Source of the DNA: Vicinamibacterales bacterium | GTDB lineage: Bacteria > Acidobacteriota > Vicinamibacteria > Vicinamibacterales > UBA8438 | Direction of reading: 5' to 3' | Length of the DNA: 64,000 nt | Assembly (NCBI GenBank): GCA_965203525.1 | Contig: OZ241898.1 | Span: forward strand, 4,695,164 to 4,759,163 | Shown: piece by piece, positions 52,983 through 60,926 of the stretch | Layout of the letters: each line of letters opens with the position of its first letter | How positions within the stretch are numbered: the stretch's first letter is position 1 | Notes under the pieces: model-generated | What the model was told of the DNA's origin: nothing | Seen by the model: the letters and a program-made list of their open reading frames with translations, nothing else | Databases searched by the model: none | Position numbers and translations under genes: made by a program

Positions 52983-53044
52983 CGGCCGCCGCCTCCGCGG
53001 GGGTACCGCGGATCGAATCCGACGGTCCGCTCCAGGCCGCCCAT

Positions 53045-53494
53045 TCAACAACGGGACGCCGACGGACCTGATGCCGCGCGGGCCGCTTTCGCCATGCGAG
53101 CGTGCAGCTCACTCAAGGCCGTCTCGAGGAATCGGGGATCCGCCTTCAGTCGAACCAGGCGGTCCAGCGCCTGCGTCTGGATCTCCCCTCTCCTCCAGCG
53201 CTTGAGCGTGGCGATGCCGATGGACAGGTAGTCGGCGAAATCGGGCCACGTCATCGCCAGGTTCCGCCGCAGGCGGTCGATCTCGCCGATCGTGAGCAAG
53301 CCGACCTTGCGGCGGTACGCATCCGACACCGCCCGGTGGTAGGCGCGGGTGTGCCTGCCCAGGATGACCACGCGCCCACAGCGCATGCACTGCGGCGCAT
53401 GCAGGGTCACCGAGACGCGCTCGCCCTTCAGCTCGGCCTCGATGGTTCGGAGGGCTTCCTGCTCGACGACGTGCCCGCACTTGATGCACTTCAT
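53045..53494 (-). CDS. mqsA: MqsA-family antitoxin (zinc-ribbon + HTH)
   Basis: MKCIKCGH...CMRCG (YgiT-type zinc finger), then an Xre-like HTH IGEIDRLRRNLAMTWPDFADYLSIGIATLKRWRRGE. Confidence 0.85.
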   Translation of the reverse strand: MKCIKCGHVVEQEALRTIEAELKGERVSVTLHAPQCMRCGRVVILGRHTRAYHRAVSDAYRRKVGLLTIGEIDRLRRNLAMTWPDFADYLSIGIATLKRWRRGEIQTQALDRLVRLKADPRFLETALSELHARMAKAARAASGPSASRC

Positions 53495-53519
53495 TCTTCT
53501 GGATTCCGGGATACCCGGT

Positions 53520-53897
53520 TCATGGGTCTTGCGTCTCGGTGGACTCGTGAAAGCTCACGATGATCAGCCGCCCGTCGAACAGCGAGAACTTGACGTACAT
53601 CCGGCGCCGGAGACTTGCAGAGGACCACGCGGCCTCGTACAGACGGTGCCCGGCGCAGAGACCGCCGTAGCCGGGGTCGTCGCGCGCATGGAGATCCTCC
53701 ACGGTGATCTCCGCGAGACTCTTGCGCAGGGAAACGGTAATGGCAGGTTCGCCGCGAACGCCGATCGCGTCACAGTCTCGACGAAGCCGATCGTAGTTCT
53801 CCGGCTCCCAGCCGTCCCCGCGTCGAATGCACCGGCGAGCCGCCTCGAGTACCGGACCGAGGGCATCTTCAGGGCCGGGCTTGGGTTCGTCCGCCAT
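53520..53897 (-). CDS. mqsR: MqsR-family toxin (RNase fold)
   Basis: The C-terminus MYVKFSLFDGRLIIVSFHES parallels E. coli MqsR ...VYLKITVIHDVLIVSFKEK. The toxin-first gene order is typical of MqsRA. Confidence 0.7.
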   Translation of the reverse strand: MADEPKPGPEDALGPVLEAARRCIRRGDGWEPENYDRLRRDCDAIGVRGEPAITVSLRKSLAEITVEDLHARDDPGYGGLCAGHRLYEAAWSSASLRRRMYVKFSLFDGRLIIVSFHESTETQDP

Positions 53898-53962
53898 GGA
53901 CCGCGCGAAACCGTGGTCGACACCTGGATCATCGGGAGTACCCCGCGACCGACATGCCGTAC

Positions 53963-53978
53963 AGTATCAATTGATACT
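53963..53978. promoter_or_regulatory. Perfect 16-bp palindrome AGTATCAATTGATACT upstream of mqsR (candidate operator)
   Basis: It lies 66 nt upstream of the mqsR start and is AT-rich in a GC-rich region. Confidence 0.5.
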
Positions 53979-54135
53979 CCCGCCGTCAAGGGGGTGGCCG
54001 GGCCGGGCGACGCAAGCCGCGTCGGTACTCACCGGCCGCCGCCGTAGCCGAGGCCGGCCTCGACGCCGCCGTGGAGCGTCGGGACCCCGCGGCGCACGAG
54101 AGCCGGGACAACGCGCACGGGTCTGTCGAACGGCG

Positions 54136-56292
54136 TCAAGCGGGTTGATCCCGCCAGGCGAACGGCCGCTTGAAGTTCCGAGAGTAGTAGCGAGGATAAT
54201 CGCGCGGGTCGGCGTGGTTGAGGATGCCCCCCGCCATCCGCGCGTTCACCCGCTGCAACCGTTCCAGGGCGGCGACGGCCGAGGGCCGGGTCGTTTTCGT
54301 GGCGTCGACCACGAACACCACGTCGTTCACGGCGCCGGCCACCAGCATGGCGTCGCCGATCAGCATGAGCGGCGACGTATCGATCACGATCCAGTCGAAC
54401 CGGTTGCCGAGCGACGCCAGTTGCCGTCGGAACCGGGCCGGCTCGATCTGCGTGGCGGGCACGGGGGACGCCGATCCGGCCGGCAGAACCGACAGGTTGC
54501 CGCGGACCTTCCTGATCGCCGCCCCGGCCTCCGTGGCGCCGGCCAGCACGTCCGACAGGCCGGGCTCGCGCTCCACGCCGAAGGTGGTGTGCAGACGCGG
54601 GCGAAGGAAGTCCGCGTCGACGATCAGGACGCGGTCCGACTGCGCGAGCACGTCCGCGAGCAGACTGCTGACGAAGCTCTTGCCCTCCTGCGCGTCGGCG
54701 CTCGTGACGGCTACCGAACGGCAGCCGGGATCCGCCGGCGAGATGACGAGGTGCGCATGGACGTCCCGCATGGTTTCCTGGCACTGCGCACGCGCTTCGG
54801 ACTCGCGGCCGGCGCCCGCCGGCAGCATGCCCAGATTCGGCAGCGACAGAGCGTCCAGCCGGTCCGGCGTGTTGATCCGGTCGTCGAACCGATCCAGGAC
54901 GACCACGAAACCGACGGCGAACAGGATCCCGCCGAACAGGCCGGCCAGCACGGTCAGCCGCCACGACGAACCGCCGGGTCGGAGCGGCACTTCGGCTTCT
55001 TCAATGATTCGCGCGTTGTTCAGGGGCAGATCGATGATTACGTCCGCTTCCTCGATTTGCCCCAGGATCCTCTCGTAGAGCCTTCGGGCCCCCTCGGCCT
55101 CGCGTTGCAGCTCGCTGTACTCTATTCTCTCCCGGTTTATCTCGGTCGCCTCGACCTTCGCGGTTTCGAGTTTCGCCTGAAGCCTCTGTTCTTCGGCCTC
55201 CGCCAGCAGGTACTCGTTGCGTTGCGATTCGATCAGCTTGTCGATTTCGCCGTCGATCATCGCCGTGGCGATCCCGATGGCCCGCCGCACCTTGCGCAGC
55301 TCCGGATGACGGTCGCCCAACGTCTCGGTCAGTTGGGCCTCCTGGCTCCGCAACGCCGCGAGATTCGCTTTCTGGCCCTGTATGACGCCGTTCGCCAGGA
55401 TGTCGGGAAACGTGTCGATTCGCGCGGGGTCGCCGCGGAGCTCTTCCAACCGGGCGTAGTGTGTTTCCTCCCGGATCCGTCTTATCGCGGCCTGGGTCGC
55501 CGCCACGTTCAGATCCACGATCTCCCGGATGACGACGGACTGCCGATTCTCGATGGAAGTGCCGTCGTAACGTTCCAGGTACCGCTGAACCGCGAGTTCA
55601 GCCTCCGAAACCTGCCTGCGCTGCGCCGCGACGTGCTGGCGCAGCGCTTCATGGAAGTTCGACAGGAGATCGCCCCGCTCCTCCGCCAGTATCCGGATGT
55701 ACTCGCTGCCTATCGTGCTCGCCACCTCGGCCGCCAGGTTCCGGTCCCGGGAACGGAACGCGACGCGGACCAGCCGCGAGTTCCGTTCCGGCGCGACCGT
55801 CAGATTGCGAAGGAAGCGGGTGACGGTCCGCGACCTGGTTCGTTCGGCCCGGGTCGCGTCCCGGCCGCCGCCTGACGCCTCGTCCGGAAGCGGCGCTTCG
55901 TCGTTCCCGCCGGCCGTCGGCCTCGGTTTGAACTCGTGGTGATCCCACAGCTCGAGCCGGTCGAGTGTCCGCCGCGCGACCAACCGGCCCTTCAGCCTTA
56001 TGAAATGGGTCTGAATTCGCCTGGCTTCGCGCGGCGCTTCGTCGCGATCCGCGGGGAGTCTCAGTCTGTTCGACTCGACGTTCCCGAACATCAGCGTCGC
56101 CGTCGCCGTGTAGAACCGGGGAACGGACACGGCGTACCAGATGGAAGCAAGGAACACGGGCAGCCCCGCGGCCAGGAACAGCCAGCGCCGCCGGTACAGC
56201 ACGCGCAGGCAGCCGCGCAACGCGCTGACGACGCTCCCGTCGTCGACGTCCGCGAGGTGGGCCGGCTTCCGGTCGTGCGTCGTCATCGTCAT
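54136..56292 (-). CDS. Polysaccharide co-polymerase / tyrosine autokinase (Wzc/GumC/EpsG-like)
   Basis: N-terminal Wzz-like domain with two TM helices and a long coiled coil. The C-terminal ATPase carries a P-loop (SADAQEGKSFVSS) and VLIVDADFLRP. Confidence 0.9.
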   Translation of the reverse strand: MTMTTHDRKPAHLADVDDGSVVSALRGCLRVLYRRRWLFLAAGLPVFLASIWYAVSVPRFYTATATLMFGNVESNRLRLPADRDEAPREARRIQTHFIRLKGRLVARRTLDRLELWDHHEFKPRPTAGGNDEAPLPDEASGGGRDATRAERTRSRTVTRFLRNLTVAPERNSRLVRVAFRSRDRNLAAEVASTIGSEYIRILAEERGDLLSNFHEALRQHVAAQRRQVSEAELAVQRYLERYDGTSIENRQSVVIREIVDLNVAATQAAIRRIREETHYARLEELRGDPARIDTFPDILANGVIQGQKANLAALRSQEAQLTETLGDRHPELRKVRRAIGIATAMIDGEIDKLIESQRNEYLLAEAEEQRLQAKLETAKVEATEINRERIEYSELQREAEGARRLYERILGQIEEADVIIDLPLNNARIIEEAEVPLRPGGSSWRLTVLAGLFGGILFAVGFVVVLDRFDDRINTPDRLDALSLPNLGMLPAGAGRESEARAQCQETMRDVHAHLVISPADPGCRSVAVTSADAQEGKSFVSSLLADVLAQSDRVLIVDADFLRPRLHTTFGVEREPGLSDVLAGATEAGAAIRKVRGNLSVLPAGSASPVPATQIEPARFRRQLASLGNRFDWIVIDTSPLMLIGDAMLVAGAVNDVVFVVDATKTTRPSAVAALERLQRVNARMAGGILNHADPRDYPRYYSRNFKRPFAWRDQPA

Positions 56293-57151
56293 CAGAAGAA
56301 CCGCCGCGGAACGACGATGGTGTCGTCGGGGCGCACCACGTCCGACAACTCCAGGCGAACCTCGGCCGGCTCGCCGTCCACGACCCGCAAGGCGCGGATC
56401 CGGTCGAGCGCGCCCAGCCAGGTGCCGCCGCCCGCCAGCGCCAGCGCCTGCGACACCATCAGGTCGTTCCGGCGCAAGGGGTACTCTCCCGGATTCCGCA
56501 CCGCGCCCCGCACGAAGATCGTGGGGGCCCTGGGCACGATCACCGTGTCTCCGTTCCGGAGCGGGACGCCGCCGTGCCGCGCGATTCCGCGCTGCAGGTC
56601 TCGCAGGTCCACGCGGATCGTATCGGCGGCTTCGGGTTCCGCGAGGAGCCCCCCCCCCCCCCCCCCCCCCCCTCCCGATCCGTCCGCCGCGGCGCCGGCC
56701 GCACCAGGATCACTTCGTGGGAGGCGCGCTTCGTCGTCGGTCCGGCGGTGGCCAAGGCTTCTATCAGCGTCATCTCCCCGAGCAGGGGAAACACGCCGGG
56801 ATTCTCGACTTCGCCGATGACGGACACCCGCCGGCTGCGCAACGTCTCCATCGCCGCTCTGACCCGGGGGTCCCGCAGGTGCCCGTCCGCCAGACGCGTC
56901 GTGAGGAGTTCCTCGAGGGAACGCAGCGTCATGCCGCCCACGGCGATTCGTCCGAGCGGCGGAAAGGCGAAGGAACCATCCGCCTCGACCGTGTAGAGAC
57001 CGCTGAGCTGTTCCTGCTCGTACACGATGATCCGCACCACGTCGCCCGTGCCCAGCCCGCCGCCGGGGTCCGGCGGCGCACCAGCCTGGCTTCCCGCCGC
57101 GCCGGCCGCGGCCGCTCCCCACAGGCACACGACGGCGCCCAGGGTTCGCAT
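56292..57151 (-). pseudogene. Wza-like polysaccharide export protein (Poly_export + SLBB), frame broken at a poly-G tract
   Basis: The N-terminal frame from ATG 57151 has a signal peptide and GDVVRIIVYEQEQLSGLYTVEADGSFAFPPLGRIAVGGMTLRSLEE...VSVIGEVENPGVFPL. The C-terminal frame ending at 56292 reads IRVDLRDLQRG...LRNGDTVIVP...VRGAVRNPGEYPL...DDTIVVPRRFF*. The two frames meet at 56649-56672. Confidence 0.8.
56649..56672. repeat. Homopolymer: 24 consecutive C (G on the coding strand)
   Basis: Counted directly in lines 56641-56680: ...gaggagCCCC(x24)tcccg. Confidence 0.9.
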
Positions 57152-57253
57152 CGACCGGAACGACCCGCCGCCTGTCGTCATGACGTTACAAGGGGAAGTC
57201 AAACTCGATGGCAGCACGGACTTCCACCGTCACGCCGCACCGCGAGCCGGCGC

Positions 57254-58255
57254 TCAGGGGAGCGCGTTCAGCGTCGCCTGCGCCTGCGCGGCCTCGGCCT
57301 GCGACGTCGGATCGTCGACGTCGACCACCCGCTGGAAGTACTCCTTGGCGGTCGCCACGTCCCCCTTGTTGAGCGCCACGAGCGCGAGCTTGAAGAGCGG
57401 CTTGCCCCAGTTCGGGTCCACCATGGTCGCCCGCTCGTACCACTGGGCGGCGTCGTCGACGGCGCCGCGGGCGAAAGCCTGCTCGCCCTGGTTGTAGAGG
57501 TCCTCGCGCGAGGCCGAGAGGCTGGACGCCGCGGCTTCGAGCAACTGCCGGTCGGCGGCGTCGGCCGTGCCGTTCGCCAGCCGCGCCCGGGCGCGGGCGG
57601 CGAGCAGGTCCTGGTTCTGCGGATCGTTCGCCAGCGCGCGCTCGAAAGCCGCGATCGCCGCCTCGTAATCCTGCATCTGGGACCAGGCGTTGCCGATGTT
57701 GAAGTACAGGTTGCTGAGCGCCGGAAGCTGCGCCAGCACGGCTTCGTAGCCGGCGATCGACTCCTCGTAGTTCCCGGCGTTGAACGCGGCGTCCGCCGCC
57801 GCCGTCTGCGCGTCTATCGCATCGAGGTCGATCCCGGCGACCGCCTCGTCGCCGAGCATCTCCGCCAGCGGGTGGCGGATGCGAAGCAGGGCGAAGTCGA
57901 CCGGGGGGTTCCGCGTCTGGGTGATCCGCGCCGGTCCCTCGCTCGGCGCATAGCCGCGCGCCGCCCCGTTGCGCTCGGCGCAGGCGCCCGAACAGTCGGC
58001 CCGGAAGCTCCAGTTGCCGCTGACCAGTCCGAGGATGGCGAACCGCCCGTCTTCCTCGGTCTCGGTGGTGAACTGCGGGGGGTTGGCGGCCGGGTTGGTG
58101 GCCGTGATCCGGACGCCGGCCAACGGTCTCCCGTCCTCGTCGGTGACCTGCCCGGCCACGCGTCCCTGGCCCTGCGCCGCCGCCGGGGCGGCGATCGCCA
58201 GAAGGAGGAAGAAACCGGGCAGGGAACGGATGACGCAACGCGGGCGCAGGCTCAT
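57254..58255 (-). CDS. Secreted CarboxypepD_reg-like domain + TPR repeat protein
   Basis: Signal peptide; GRVAGQVTDEDGRPLAGVRITATN...EDGRFAILGL (CarboxypepD_reg-like beta-sandwich). TPR-like repeats follow in the C-terminal half. Confidence 0.75.
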   Translation of the reverse strand: MSLRPRCVIRSLPGFFLLLAIAAPAAAQGQGRVAGQVTDEDGRPLAGVRITATNPAANPPQFTTETEEDGRFAILGLVSGNWSFRADCSGACAERNGAARGYAPSEGPARITQTRNPPVDFALLRIRHPLAEMLGDEAVAGIDLDAIDAQTAAADAAFNAGNYEESIAGYEAVLAQLPALSNLYFNIGNAWSQMQDYEAAIAAFERALANDPQNQDLLAARARARLANGTADAADRQLLEAAASSLSASREDLYNQGEQAFARGAVDDAAQWYERATMVDPNWGKPLFKLALVALNKGDVATAKEYFQRVVDVDDPTSQAEAAQAQATLNALP

Positions 58256-58366
58256 GTCGTAACTCCTTGTATCTCCCCGGAACCGCCGGGAGAATTGCTC
58301 GCCGGGTACGTGCGCATGCGATCTGCGCTCCTCACGCGCTCCGGGACGCGCGCGGACCCGGTGCGC

Positions 58367-59017
58367 CTACCGGTCCACGCTCGCCAGCAGCGCCTCGATC
58401 GCTCCCTGCGCCTCCCTGCCGGCGGAACCGCCGGCGGGAACGGCGCGATACGCCGCGAGCGCCCGTTCGAGATCGTTCTTCTCGCGGTACGCATGTCCTA
58501 TCTGGACGTGCAGGCCGGTGAGCCGCGGGACGCTGGCCAGCACCGCGCCGTACGCGTCGATGGCCGCGTCGTAGTCGCCGTCGTCGTAGAGCGCGTCGGC
58601 GGCGTTCAGCGCTTCCTGCAGTTCGTCGCCGCGGAGGTTCGCCAGGACGCCCGTCGACGGCGCCGGCGGATGGAGCGGGTCGGTCTCCATGACGAAGCCG
58701 ACGCGCGCCGTTCCCGCCCCGCGCACGTTGGCGAATCCCTGCACCGGCTCGTAGCCCCGCCGTCGGATGAGGAAGAGCCAGCGGCCCCTCTGCAGGCCGA
58801 TGAAGGAGAAGCGGCCCGCGTCGTTCGTCGTCGTCTCGATCCGGCGCTGCCACTCCGTGTTCTCTCCCACGACCTCCGCGCCGACTATCGGCTCCCCTTC
58901 GACGTCCCGCACCGCCCCGGTGACCACGCCGGTCTGGGTGGCGGCCGCCGCTGCGAGCGGCGGCAGAAGCAGCGACGTGACGACCAGCGCCGGAACGGTG
59001 ACCGCGGAACGTGGCAT
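58367..59017 (-). CDS. Secreted CarboxypepD_reg-like domain + TPR protein (shorter paralogue)
   Basis: The ATG at 59017 gives MPRSAVTVPALVVTSLLLPPLAAAAA (signal peptide). GVVTGAVRDVEGEPIVGAEVV...DAGRFSFIGL follows, then TPR-like helices. Confidence 0.7.
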   Translation of the reverse strand: MPRSAVTVPALVVTSLLLPPLAAAAATQTGVVTGAVRDVEGEPIVGAEVVGENTEWQRRIETTTNDAGRFSFIGLQRGRWLFLIRRRGYEPVQGFANVRGAGTARVGFVMETDPLHPPAPSTGVLANLRGDELQEALNAADALYDDGDYDAAIDAYGAVLASVPRLTGLHVQIGHAYREKNDLERALAAYRAVPAGGSAGREAQGAIEALLASVDR

Positions 59018-59122
59018 GGCGTTTCCTCGTGGCCCCCGCCGGGCTTCCGTCCTCAGGCAGGGCCGATGCCGCGTGAGCCGGCTGGAGCGGTCAACAGTAT
59101 ACACTCGGATCCGGTCGGAACG

Positions 59123-60346
59123 ATGCACGCGATCCTGCGCCGTGCCCCCCTCGCCGGAGCCGTCCTGGCCCTGCTCGTCACCGCATCCGGGCAGGCGGCG
59201 CCGCGGGCGCAGGCCGCGCCGCGGGCCGGCGCGCCGCCGCCGGTCGACACGGCGCGCCTCGCGCGGATCGACGCCGTCGTCGGCGACGCCGTCGCCGCGG
59301 GCGAGCTGCCCGGCGCGGTGGTGCTGATCGCCCACCGGGACCGGATCGTCTATCGCAAGGCGTTCGGCCACCGCTCGCTCCGTCCGGCGCGCGAGCCGAT
59401 GACCGTCGACACGATCTTCGACCTCGCCTCGCTCACCAAGGTGATCGCCACCGCGCCGAGCGTGATGGCGCTCGTCGAGGACGGAGCCGTCCGGCTGCGC
59501 GATCGCGCGGCCCGTTTCCTCCCCGGATTCCAGCGGCACGGCAAGGAAGCCGTCACCGTCGAACATCTGCTGACGCACGTGTCGGGGCTGCGGCCCGACC
59601 TGCCGCTCGAGGAGGAGTTCGAGGGCGCGGACGAAGCCCTGCGGCGCGTATTCGAGGAACGCCCGGAGGCTCCACCGGGCGAGGCGTTCGTCTACAGCGA
59701 CCTCAACTTCCTGCTGCTCGGCGAGATCGTCCGGCGGGTGAGCCGGCAGGCGCTCGACGCCTTCGCCGCCGAACGTCTGTTCGCGCCGCTCGGCATGCGC
59801 GACACGTCGTTCCGCCCGGGTCCGGAGCGCGCCGCGCGCATCGCCCCCACCGAGGCGTGCGCGCGCCTCCGGTGGCCCTGCGGCGGGCCGGGGGCGGTGA
59901 TGCTGCGGGGAACGGTCCACGACCCGACCGCCCGGCGCATGGGGGGCGTGGCCGGACACGCCGGCCTGTTCGGCACCGCCGGCGATCTGGCCCGCTTCGG
60001 CGCGATGCTGCTGAACGGCGGGCGCGCGGCGTCCGGCAGGGCCGTGCTGTCGCCGCTGACCGTCGCGCGCATGACGAGGCCGTCGACGCCGGCCCACGTG
60101 CGGGACGTGCGCGGGCTCGGCTGGGACGTCGACTCGCGCTACGCGAGCAACCGCGGCGACCTCTTCCCGCCCGGTTCCTTCGGCCATACCGGGTTCACCG
60201 GCACCTCGATCTGGATCGATCCGGGGACGGAGACCGTCGTCGTCTTCCTCTCGAACCGGGTGCATCCGGACGGCGGCGGCAACGTGGTCCGGCTGCGCGG
60301 CCTCGTGGCGACCCTAGCCGCCGCCGCGATCGGCGCGGCTCCTTGA
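59123..60346 (+). CDS. Serine hydrolase, beta-lactamase (class C/DD-peptidase-related) family
   Basis: Signal peptide, S-x-x-K (ASLTK), Y-x-N (YSDLN), HTGFTG. Confidence 0.9.
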   Translation: MHAILRRAPLAGAVLALLVTASGQAAPRAQAAPRAGAPPPVDTARLARIDAVVGDAVAAGELPGAVVLIAHRDRIVYRKAFGHRSLRPAREPMTVDTIFDLASLTKVIATAPSVMALVEDGAVRLRDRAARFLPGFQRHGKEAVTVEHLLTHVSGLRPDLPLEEEFEGADEALRRVFEERPEAPPGEAFVYSDLNFLLLGEIVRRVSRQALDAFAAERLFAPLGMRDTSFRPGPERAARIAPTEACARLRWPCGGPGAVMLRGTVHDPTARRMGGVAGHAGLFGTAGDLARFGAMLLNGGRAASGRAVLSPLTVARMTRPSTPAHVRDVRGLGWDVDSRYASNRGDLFPPGSFGHTGFTGTSIWIDPGTETVVVFLSNRVHPDGGGNVVRLRGLVATLAAAAIGAAP

Positions 60347-60361
60347 CGGCGCGGCGGGTCC

Positions 60362-60535
60362 TCGCATCCGGTACAGCATCCAGCAGACCGCCACGTCCCG
60401 ACAGGAGCGGTTCGGACGAGGCGCGCCCGCTCGCCGCTCACATCCGGTACAGCATCGCCCCGACAGGAGCGGTTCGGACGGGGCGCGCCCGCTCGCCGCT
60501 CACATCCGGTACAGCATCCAGTAGACCGCCACGCC
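60362..60535. repeat. Local duplications of the DUF420 3' end and adjacent spacer (periods 76 and 62 bp)
   Basis: tc(g/a)catccggtacagcatc... occurs at 60362, 60438 and 60500. The spacer ccgacaggagcggttcggacg(a/g)ggcgcgcccgctcgccgc occurs at 60398 and 60460. Confidence 0.85.
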
Positions 60536-60916
60536 GGTCAGCGACACGTACAGCCAGATCGGCAGCGTCCAGCGCGCGAGCGCGGCGTGCGCCGCGAAGC
60601 GTCCCCGCAACGCCCTGACCAGGGTCGCCAGGGCCAGCGGCAGGATGAGCGCCGCGAGCACGACGTGGCTGATCAGCACCGTGAAATAGACGGCGCGGAT
60701 CGGTCCCTCGCCGGTGAACGCCACGGATCCGACGTGGACGTGGTAGACGACGTACGAAGCAAGAAAGAGGGTGGAGACGCCGCAGGCGGCGAGCATGCAG
60801 GCGCGGTGCGGGCCGACCCGGCCGGCGCGGATCAGGCCGTACCCGGCCGCCAGCAGCAGCGCCGAGACGGCGTTCAGCGCGGCGTTCACGCCCGGCAGAT
60901 CGGTGACCTCCGGCAC
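60500..60916 (-). CDS. DUF420 membrane protein (cytochrome oxidase-associated)
   Basis: Four TM helices; NAALNAVSALLL...H...YFTVLISHVVLA is typical of DUF420. It is adjacent to ctaB and ctaA. Confidence 0.8.
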   Translation of the reverse strand: MPEVTDLPGVNAALNAVSALLLAAGYGLIRAGRVGPHRACMLAACGVSTLFLASYVVYHVHVGSVAFTGEGPIRAVYFTVLISHVVLAALILPLALATLVRALRGRFAAHAALARWTLPIWLYVSLTGVAVYWMLYRM

Positions 60917-60926
60917 GCGGGCGGCC

